In this document: positions 45,768 through 52,566 of the stretch, piece after piece
How positions within the stretch are numbered: position 1 is the stretch's first letter
Layout: every line of letters begins with the position of its first letter
Assembly (NCBI GenBank): GCA_943350445.1
Contig: CALRAE010000002.1
Span: 2,134-66,133 of the forward strand
Direction of reading: 5' to 3'
Source: Candidatus Nomurabacteria bacterium
Lineage (GTDB): Bacteria; Patescibacteriota; Minisyncoccia; Phycocordibacterales; UBA9973
Length of the DNA stretch: 64,000 nucleotides
Program-made: the position numbers and the translations under genes
Notes under the pieces: generated by a model
Database searches by the model: none
The model's input: the letters and a program-made list of their open reading frames with translations, nothing else
What the model was told of the DNA's origin: nothing

Positions 45768-48700
45768 GTGAAACAAAAAAATAAATTTTTTAGGGCATAT
45801 ATAAAAAGGTTTTCACTTGGACTCTTTGTCTTTGCTTTTTTTGTTTTTCTACCTACTTCTAGTGTATTTGCAGCAGCTACAAAAGACTCATTAATGAATG
45901 CTTTTAAGAGTTATGTAACTGTACTTACTACACCTGTTAACAATCAAGTAGTTACCACCACCCCACCTCCGGCACCCCTCCTTGATCAAGGAGGGGAAAG
46001 GGGTCCTAATCCTGTTTCTATTCCTGTAACACCACCACCCCCTTCGTCAAGCTCAGGGCAGGAAATAGTCTACGTCACACCACAACCTACAATAAACGAA
46101 GCAACCCTTCTTTCTGCTTTAAGAAACCTTCTCTCAAAAAAAGAAATTGCTAACAAATTACGTGGGTCACAAGGAGCACAAGGTATCCAAGGCCTTCAGG
46201 GTCCACAAGGAGCATCAGTTACACCAGCACCAAATCCTATCTCTTATCTACCTGTTCATATCTCATACCCTAATCCTTCTGTAAACTTCTCTGGTGGTGC
46301 TTCTGCAAACATAGCTAATCTATCTTCAAACATTCTCACTGCTACTACTTCTAATATTACTACTTTGAATGTGGCTGGAACTTCTACTCTTGCAGGAACT
46401 CTAAATGTCACTGGTGCCGTCACTCTTCCGTCTTCTGGAAGTTTAACTTCGCCTTTGGTTATTGGTTCTACATCTGCTAATGGCACTTTGACCTTAGAAG
46501 GTAACAACACTACAGGCAATACCGCAACTAATGCAAACTTAATATTCAAGGTTGGTAATAATGCAGCAACTACTGCGATGACTATTTTGAATAATGGCAA
46601 TGTGGGGGTGGGGACGACGACTCCAGGAAGATTTGTCGATTTGTTTTATACGGAGCCAGGTGCAACTCGTGCTTACAATTACCTACGTTTGACTGCTAAT
46701 AGTGCTGTGGGAGCTCATCATGGTACATCTGTCATCGAAGGATTTTATAAGGATAGTGGAAACGGTAATAGTTTTACTCACAGCCAGATCGCATTGGAGG
46801 GGACATCAGTCGGCAATGGTGCTGTAAATTCTATTGGTGAAATCTTGTTTTTGACAAAGTCAGATACAGGTAGCGCGTCAGCATTGCCTACTGAAAAGAT
46901 GCGTGTGACTAGTGATGGAAAATTACTTATTGGAACCAATCGAAATGGTACTGAGGATGGTGATTTGAGTTTCTATGGTATTTCCAATAGACTCATTTCT
47001 ATAGGATCAAATCCAAGTACCAATGTGGAAGGTAAAGACTTAACTATTAGGGCAGGAAATCCTTACCCGTCATCCACCAATCTAACAGGAGGGACTCTCA
47101 ATCTTTCAGGTGGAAAATCATCTGGCACAGGGACATCACAAATTCAATTCCAGACTGCTACCGCAGGTTCTACAGGAAACTCTGTTGTGACCCCAACAAC
47201 TAAAATGACAATTTTAGGTTCCGGCAACGTGGGGATTGGGACGACGAGTCCAGGTCTCCCACTCCAAGTTGTTGGTCACGTAAATGAATTTATTGCAGAT
47301 TTTTTATATAGCTCCTCTGGCTCAGGCGTTGCAGTTGGTGGTGGGGTTAATGGCACAACCGCATGGGTAGCGAGTGATTATCTTGGTGCGACTGAACCAA
47401 AACTACATTTAGCAACCTGGTCTAATCGTGCTAATGCAAATGGTATCACTATTGATACCTCTGGCAACGTCGGGATCGGGACGACGAATCCTAGTATCGG
47501 TTCGTGGGGTAAGGCTTTGACCATTCTTAATAACGGCTTGAACACTACCGCAGCCGCACTTGAAATTGCTTCTTTTGGACTCACAGCAGGAGACGGAGAA
47601 AGCGCTCTTAGTTTTGTAAATGGTGTTGATCTAGGTAATCGTTGGGAGGTGGGACGAATTCAGGCAATTCGTGGTGCTACCGACAATGGTTCAGGTCATA
47701 TTGCGCTATCTACACGAGTGAGTGCAACAGGAGGAGGTTTGGCTGAAGTGATGCGCTTGACTGACGATGGCAAAGTCGGTATCGGCGACACTACTCCAGA
47801 TTATAAATTAGACATAGAGACAGATGTTGCTTCGTATGTTGCCAACTTCTTCAATGATGGCAATCTTGCCACCCGTAGCGGTATCCTTATCCAAGGAGGC
47901 TTAGATGATCACACTGCAGCCGGACCATCCACTCTCATTGGTTTCCAAGATGGTGACGGTGGTGCTGTCGGATCAATCACTTTTGGTTCATCTGCCACAG
48001 CATACAACACTACATCAGACCAAAGATTAAAGAATTTAGTAAACGAAAATACTACTTCATCTCTCAATATCTTAAATCAAATAAAAATTCATGATTTCAC
48101 ATGGAAAGAAGATGCTAACCATAATCTATACACTGGAATCTTCGCTCAAGAGCTCTATGATGTTTATCCTCACGCAATTACTAAACCAATCAATGATGCA
48201 GACAACTGGATGGTGGATTATTCTAAACTCACCCCTGTAATGATCGCATCTATCCAAGAACTAGATCTAAACTTAAATAGTATCGCGGGCACTATCACTC
48301 CACTTGCTGGCTCAGCCAATGAATCTTTCGTGAATGCTTTCTTCGCAAACATTTTTTCCAAGGTTGATAATTGGATGGCGGATCGGGCGAATGGGATAGG
48401 AGATTTCTTTGCAGACAAAGTACATACAAAGCAAATCTGTGTTGCGAAAGCTGATGGCACAGAATTTTGTGCAGATGGTGACCAACTTCAAGCTATGGCA
48501 GGGGGATCAGGAACACCTCCAGCGCCAACCCCTACTCCAGCTCCAGTCCCCGCACCATCATCCGACACCACTCCACCAGTCATCACCCTCACAGGTGAAT
48601 CTACAATAACTTTAAACGTGGGAGACACATATACTGAACAAGGAGCCACAGCCACAGATAATGTAGACACAGGAGTAGCTGTCATAATCAGTGGTTCTGT

Positions 48701-48800
48701 AGATACATCTGTTGCAGGCACATACACTATCACTTATAATGCCACTGACACAGCAGGGAATAATGCGATAGAGGTGGCGAGGAGTGTAGTGGTTCAATAA
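45768..48800 (+). CDS. Large secreted fibre protein (GTG start). Collagen-like G-x-y triplets, repeated NVGIGTT(S/N)P beta-helix-like motifs, a peptidase-S74-type intramolecular chaperone domain, a Pro/Thr linker and a C-terminal Ig-like (DUF5011-type) domain
   Basis: Signal/TM N-terminus. GSQGAQGIQGLQGPQGAS. At least 4 NVGIGTTxP repeats. S-D-x-R-L-K motif TSDQRLKNL followed by ..GIFAQELYDVYPHAI..VDYSKLTPVMIASIQEL. (PT)n linker. C-terminus ITLTGESTITLNVGDTYTEQGATATDNVD..VAGTYTITYNATDTAGN. Confidence 0.6.
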   Translation: MKQKNKFFRAYIKRFSLGLFVFAFFVFLPTSSVFAAATKDSLMNAFKSYVTVLTTPVNNQVVTTTPPPAPLLDQGGERGPNPVSIPVTPPPPSSSSGQEIVYVTPQPTINEATLLSALRNLLSKKEIANKLRGSQGAQGIQGLQGPQGASVTPAPNPISYLPVHISYPNPSVNFSGGASANIANLSSNILTATTSNITTLNVAGTSTLAGTLNVTGAVTLPSSGSLTSPLVIGSTSANGTLTLEGNNTTGNTATNANLIFKVGNNAATTAMTILNNGNVGVGTTTPGRFVDLFYTEPGATRAYNYLRLTANSAVGAHHGTSVIEGFYKDSGNGNSFTHSQIALEGTSVGNGAVNSIGEILFLTKSDTGSASALPTEKMRVTSDGKLLIGTNRNGTEDGDLSFYGISNRLISIGSNPSTNVEGKDLTIRAGNPYPSSTNLTGGTLNLSGGKSSGTGTSQIQFQTATAGSTGNSVVTPTTKMTILGSGNVGIGTTSPGLPLQVVGHVNEFIADFLYSSSGSGVAVGGGVNGTTAWVASDYLGATEPKLHLATWSNRANANGITIDTSGNVGIGTTNPSIGSWGKALTILNNGLNTTAAALEIASFGLTAGDGESALSFVNGVDLGNRWEVGRIQAIRGATDNGSGHIALSTRVSATGGGLAEVMRLTDDGKVGIGDTTPDYKLDIETDVASYVANFFNDGNLATRSGILIQGGLDDHTAAGPSTLIGFQDGDGGAVGSITFGSSATAYNTTSDQRLKNLVNENTTSSLNILNQIKIHDFTWKEDANHNLYTGIFAQELYDVYPHAITKPINDADNWMVDYSKLTPVMIASIQELDLNLNSIAGTITPLAGSANESFVNAFFANIFSKVDNWMADRANGIGDFFADKVHTKQICVAKADGTEFCADGDQLQAMAGGSGTPPAPTPTPAPVPAPSSDTTPPVITLTGESTITLNVGDTYTEQGATATDNVDTGVAVIISGSVDTSVAGTYTITYNATDTAGNNAIEVARSVVVQ
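45951..45999. repeat. Family B element, copy in frame inside the fibre gene (encodes ..TTPPPAPLLDQGGERG..)
   Basis: GTTACCACCaCCCCAcctccggcaCCCCTCCTTGatcaAGGAGGGG, a close match to 45652..45690. Confidence 0.65.
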
Positions 48801-48845
48801 TAAGTTTCAACACAATTTACGCCAAGCGTTATTTTACTAATTTAT

Positions 48846-49325
48846 ATGAAAAAAAAATATCTACCTGTTGTTATAATCATAAGTTTCTTTTTAATAATAT
48901 TCTCTTTGATTGAAGAGCCTACTCAAGACTTAACATCAGAGGGGATACAAAACATAAGGTATGTAAAAATTGCAGGGCAAAGTATTAAAGTTGATTTGGC
49001 TTTAACCAAAGATGCCCAAAATATGGGCCTATCCGGCCGAGAGGCTTTAGATAGCGACGAGGGTATGTTGTTTGTTTTCAAGTATTCTACTAGTCATCCA
49101 TTTTGGATGAAAGACATGAATTTCCCTATTGACATTATTTGGATCAGTGAAGATTTTAAAATAGTCTATATTAAAAAAAGTGCTCAGCCAGAATCATATC
49201 CAGAAGTTTACGAACCCAAAGGGAAAGGGCAATATTCGAGATATGTCTTAGAAGTTGTCGCTGGGTTTGCTGAAAAAAATAATCTAAAAGTGGGGGACAA
49301 AATTGAAAATTTTGTCAGTCCGTAG
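48846..49325 (+). CDS. DUF192-family protein (secreted)
   Basis: N-terminal hydrophobic segment. Conserved ..MNFPIDIIWISEDFKIVYI.. pattern. Confidence 0.5.
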   Translation: MKKKYLPVVIIISFFLIIFSLIEEPTQDLTSEGIQNIRYVKIAGQSIKVDLALTKDAQNMGLSGREALDSDEGMLFVFKYSTSHPFWMKDMNFPIDIIWISEDFKIVYIKKSAQPESYPEVYEPKGKGQYSRYVLEVVAGFAEKNNLKVGDKIENFVSP

Positions 49326-49535
49326 CACGACGGTGCGAGGAGCGGGTGGCGAAATTTTTCAACAGAAAAATATTTGCGACTACGGGTGGAGTTTTACTAA
49401 CTGAAACTTTTTGAAATATAACTTTTCTTTGGTACGGATTTTTCAATATAACCTTAGCCTTAAAAAATATTGAATTTCTGTGCGCGTCAGCCTACGAAAC
49501 CCCGCGAAAAGTTATATTTCGAAAAGTTTCTCACA

Positions 49536-49565
49536 AAAAGAAAATCCCCCGCTTTTGGCAGGGGA
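49536..49565 (-). terminator. Rho-independent terminator of rnpB
   Basis: Minus-strand read: CCCCUGC-caaaa-GCGGGGG followed by AUUUUCUUUUU. Confidence 0.55.
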
Positions 49566-49576
49566 CTTTCATTTTG

Positions 49577-50019
49577 TTGTAGGTGTCTATAAGCCGAATT
49601 TTGTCCCAATTTTGTTCACCACAGGTGATTCAAAATTGAGGACCCTGAGGATTTGTCGAAGGGTTCCCTCGACGTGGCTCGGGATGCTCAATTTTGTAAT
49701 TGCCTATGGCAAACAAAATTGGCAGATAACAATTTATCTAGGTCTAAAATTACTCTTAGACTCAAGCGATTCTTCCAAGCTTGCGCTTGGACACGATCTT
49801 GCACAGGGGTAAGGATTTAGCCGTTTCACTCTGATGTTACCACCAGACTATTCCATGGATTGCTCGATGGAACCCTAGCATCTCTGCATCAGCGTCTCTG
49901 CTCGCACCTATATATCACTATATGTGGGCGTTACCCACTACCTTTCTCCCTGATAAATCAGGGCTGTGTTCGGACTTTCCTCCCTATGAAATCATAGAGT
50001 AGCTATCCGACACCTACGC
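49577..50019 (-). ncRNA. rnpB: RNase P RNA (bacterial type)
   Basis: Minus-strand read has a P1 helix (GUAGGUGUC at the 5' end, GACACCUAC at the 3' end). It has P4 5' strand GGAGGAAAGUCCG, then ..GGUAACGCC.., then GGUGCGAGCAGAGACGC (P10-12-like), ..UGGUAACA..GGCUAAAUCC.. and P4 3' strand ACAAAAUUCGGCUUAUAG. TSS position fits the promoter. Confidence 0.8.
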
Positions 50020-50023
50020 ATAT

Positions 50024-50075
50024 ATTATACAATAGTTGCAATTTACTTGCAATTTTTTTGCAAGTATGCTATACT
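50024..50075. promoter_or_regulatory. Back-to-back sigma70-type promoters sharing one palindromic -35 hexamer. Minus strand: TTGCAA(50052..50047)-17 bp-TATAAT(50029..50024), driving rnpB. Plus strand: TTGCAA(50047..50052)-17 bp-TATACT(50070..50075). Two more TTGCAA copies lie at 50036 and 50058 on an 11-bp register.
   Basis: Hexamers and spacings counted directly. The minus TSS predicted ~7 nt after the -10 coincides with the rnpB P1 5' end (~50017). Confidence 0.55.
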
Positions 50076-50081
50076 AGTCTT

Positions 50082-50159
50082 GTGGGTGTGAGGTAAAATT
50101 CACATTTATCGTAAACAACATAAGTGCCGCAAAGACGCCCTTCGGGGCGTTTTTGTTTT
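50082..50159 (+). ncRNA. Candidate short transcript or 5' leader (~75 nt) from the plus-strand promoter, ending at an intrinsic terminator
   Basis: Predicted TSS ~50082. Internal hairpin GUGUGA..UCACAU. Terminator GACGCCC-uucg-GGGCGU + UUUUUGUUUUG. The methyltransferase ORF starts ~50 nt downstream. Confidence 0.35.
50134..50159 (+). terminator. Rho-independent terminator
   Basis: GACGCCC-TTCG-GGGCGT followed by TTTTTGTTTTG. Confidence 0.6.
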
Positions 50160-50205
50160 GTTAAGGAAATTGTATTATAGTGTATAAGCCCCCCTTAATG
50201 GACGG

Positions 50206-51021
50206 TTGCGCGGCATGATTTCGCTAAATCATATGAAAAAAGATACTTCTAAAAATAATTCCGGTGAGACTTCGTGGGGCTCTGTAGCAGGGTGGTATGA
50301 CGAGCTCTTAGAAGAATCAGACGATTCCTTTCAGGCGAAGGTTATTTTACCGAACCTGCTCCGAGTTCTTAATGTTAAGGCGGGTATGAACATAATTGAT
50401 ATTGCTTGTGGGCAGGGATATTTTAGTCGGGCGCTTGAAAATGCTGGGGCGCAGGTGACTGGTGTGGATATATCAAGTGAACTTATAAAAAAAGCGCAAG
50501 AACGTTCTCCTAAAAATATCAGTTTTTGTGTCGCCGAAGCGGACAAACTCTCTTTTTCAAAAGATGCTAGTTATGATGCAGCCATAATTATTTTAGCTAT
50601 TCAAAATATTAAAAATTTCGCTGGCGCGCTAGCTGAGTCCGCGCGGGTTCTCAAACCAAAAGGCAAGCTTGTGATTGTTTTAAATCATCCAGCATTTCGA
50701 ATTCCGCAAAATTCTAGTTGGGATTGGGATGTAAAGAAGGGGAGGCAGTATCGCCGAATCGATTCTTATTTAAAAGAATATCAGATAGAGATAGATATGA
50801 CCCCCGGGGAAAAAGATCCATCCAAGAAAAAGAAAACACTTTCATTTCATCGACCACTTCAATCTTATTTTAAATTCTTAAACAAAGCCGGATTTGCTGT
50901 CTCGGGTCTAGAAGAATTAATTTCTCACAAAAAGAGTCAAAAAGGTCCGCGCTCAATAGAAGAGGACAGGATACGTAAAGAAATTCCAATGTTTCTGATG
51001 CTAGAAGCTAAAAAGCTTTAA
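50206..51021 (+). CDS. Class I SAM-dependent methyltransferase
   Basis: Motif I IIDIACGQGYFSRAL. Acidic post-I residue. Methyltransf_11/25-like. Confidence 0.65.
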   Translation: MRGMISLNHMKKDTSKNNSGETSWGSVAGWYDELLEESDDSFQAKVILPNLLRVLNVKAGMNIIDIACGQGYFSRALENAGAQVTGVDISSELIKKAQERSPKNISFCVAEADKLSFSKDASYDAAIIILAIQNIKNFAGALAESARVLKPKGKLVIVLNHPAFRIPQNSSWDWDVKKGRQYRRIDSYLKEYQIEIDMTPGEKDPSKKKKTLSFHRPLQSYFKFLNKAGFAVSGLEELISHKKSQKGPRSIEEDRIRKEIPMFLMLEAKKL

Positions 51022-51050
51022 CCTATAGCAAGGACGGTCCTTGCTATAGG
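51022..51050. other. Perfect 14-bp-arm hairpin CCTATAGCAAGGAC-g-GTCCTTGCTATAGG immediately after the methyltransferase stop
   Basis: Read directly. No T-tract. Confidence 0.5.
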
Positions 51051-51080
51051 TGGGCCTTGTGAAAAATTGGCAAAAAAACA

Positions 51081-51112
51081 GCGCGGATACCTTTCGGTCC
51101 GCGCGTCTTTGT
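51081..51112 (+). terminator. Terminator-like hairpin GCGCGGA..TCCGCGC followed by a T-rich tract
   Basis: Read directly. Confidence 0.45.
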
Positions 51113-51129
51113 GATGGATGGATGCCTTT

Positions 51130-51567
51130 TCAGGTCTTATTCCAAAATAACAGATAGACTGGTCGGTTCGGAACCGACTCAACCATCTCGTAGCCCGACT
51201 TGTCCTTCTTGAGCTTCAAGAAAGCGAGCTTGTCGCCGCCCCAGCTGAACGCCAGCGGGAGCTCAATCGTCTTGGTAAACCGGTCAGGGTTGTCCATGAC
51301 ATTTCCGACACCTGCCGGATGAAGTATTGACCCATTAGCGCGCGACAGTTTGTCGTGTTTGGTCATCAGTTCGAAGGCTTCTGTTGGTGAGCTGACCTTG
51401 ACCAACAAGTAGCCGCTATCGATGATGACCGACGGCAACTCCTGGTTGGTGTTGTTCACGACGGCCAAAGTGGCGGTCTGGTGATGGTTGGATTGCTGTC
51501 CCCACTGGTGCCCCAAGTAGAGGCCGAAGACCAGCAGAGCGAAACCGACTGTCAGTGTTTTCTTCAT
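51130..51567 (-). CDS. GC-rich (~52%) secreted hypothetical protein. Likely start MKKTLTVGFALLVF (signal peptide); the ORF track extends to 51618
   Basis: Composition differs from neighbours. Signal-peptide-like N-terminus. Adjacent to tRNA-Tyr. Confidence 0.4.
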   Translation of the reverse strand: MKKTLTVGFALLVFGLYLGHQWGQQSNHHQTATLAVVNNTNQELPSVIIDSGYLLVKVSSPTEAFELMTKHDKLSRANGSILHPAGVGNVMDNPDRFTKTIELPLAFSWGGDKLAFLKLKKDKSGYEMVESVPNRPVYLLFWNKT

Positions 51568-51580
51568 GGTGTTTTGTTTC

Positions 51581-51656
51581 TGTAACCAACTTTGTTTATT
51601 AGCCTTGGTTACATACAACTTTCTGCATCTTTATACAAAAAATTGTTTGTAACCAA
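51581..51656. promoter_or_regulatory. Operator-like inverted repeat TGTAACCAA-N16-TTGGTTACA plus a third half-site TGTAACCAA upstream of the GC-rich secreted-protein gene
   Basis: 9-bp perfect IR at 51581..51589 / 51606..51614. Direct copy at 51648..51656. Confidence 0.45.
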
Positions 51657-51801
51657 AGCTTTTGAAAGAACATACTTATACCTGTATTATATACTCTTTT
51701 GAGCTAAAAGTCAATAGCAAATTAAACTCTTGTAAAATAAGGCTATTTAGAGGTTGTAGAAAAGATGCAAAAAAGAGTTTTTTATGTTAATTTATCTACA
51801 T

Positions 51802-51887
51802 GCGTCGATGGTAGAGTGGTCAAATACGACACGCTGTAAACGTGTTGCCTTCGGGCTTCGGGGGTTCGAATCCCTCTCGACGCACCA
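51802..51887 (+). tRNA. tRNA-Tyr (anticodon GUA), long variable arm, CCA encoded
   Basis: Manual fold: acceptor GCGUCGA/UCGACGC, anticodon stem-loop ACACG-CUGUAAA-CGUGU, variable arm GCCUUCGGGC, T-loop GGGGG-UUCGAAU-CCCUC, 3' ACCA. Confidence 0.8.
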
Positions 51888-51897
51888 AAAGAATTCT

Positions 51898-52566
51898 CTA
51901 GAAGAATCTTACTTTCATTAATTTTACGATTCCTTTGTATCCGTCTTTCCAGTTGATATGTTTTCCTTCCTCAAAACTTCGCGGCATGTATTGAATAGAT
52001 ATTTCTTCGATATCGATTTTCTTTTTTAAAATTTTTGCAATTATTTCCGCTTCTATTTCAAAGCCGTTTGATTCCAAGTTGAGTGAGTTCATAAGTTCAC
52101 GCGGTATGATTTTATAACAGGTGTATATATCAGAAATATCAGACGAAAATAATATGTTACAAGTCAAAGATAGTACCTTATTACCGATTCTATTTAATAT
52201 GTATCCATCTTTTCCACTTCTCTTTCCATAAATTACAACTTTTTTATTTTTCACTATTTTCCAGAGTTCATAGAGGTTTTTTGGATCATATTCGAGATCC
52301 GCATCTTGGATAGCGACATAGTCTCCTCTCGTTTTTTCTAGAGCACTTCGTATGGATCTTCCTTTTCCATAATTTTTTTCGTGATGCACTGTGCGTATAT
52401 GAGGATCTTTTATTCTTGAAATTATGTTGTATGTTTCATCTGTGGACCCATCATTGACTAAAATTATTTCATAATCTTCCCCTTTGAATGCTTGTTCCAC
52501 TCCAAGTACCACTTGCTCTAAAGTTTTTTCTTCATTATGTGCAGGAATTATGATCGATAGTTTCAT
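51898..52566 (-). CDS. Family-2 glycosyltransferase, polyprenol-phosphate sugar transferase type (Dpm1/GtrB/ArnC-like)
   Basis: MKLSIIIPAHNEE. ILVNDGSTDET. DAD motif (IQDADLEYDP). 222 aa, soluble. Confidence 0.7.
   Translation of the reverse strand: MKLSIIIPAHNEEKTLEQVVLGVEQAFKGEDYEIILVNDGSTDETYNIISRIKDPHIRTVHHEKNYGKGRSIRSALEKTRGDYVAIQDADLEYDPKNLYELWKIVKNKKVVIYGKRSGKDGYILNRIGNKVLSLTCNILFSSDISDIYTCYKIIPRELMNSLNLESNGFEIEAEIIAKILKKKIDIEEISIQYMPRSFEEGKHINWKDGYKGIVKLMKVRFF

Noticed and set aside
49480-49812. 110-aa + strand ORF in the six-frame track
   Set aside because: Lies entirely within the minus-strand RNase P RNA gene. The composition (R/L/G-rich) and absence of a promoter or RBS indicate a spurious ORF in structured-RNA DNA.
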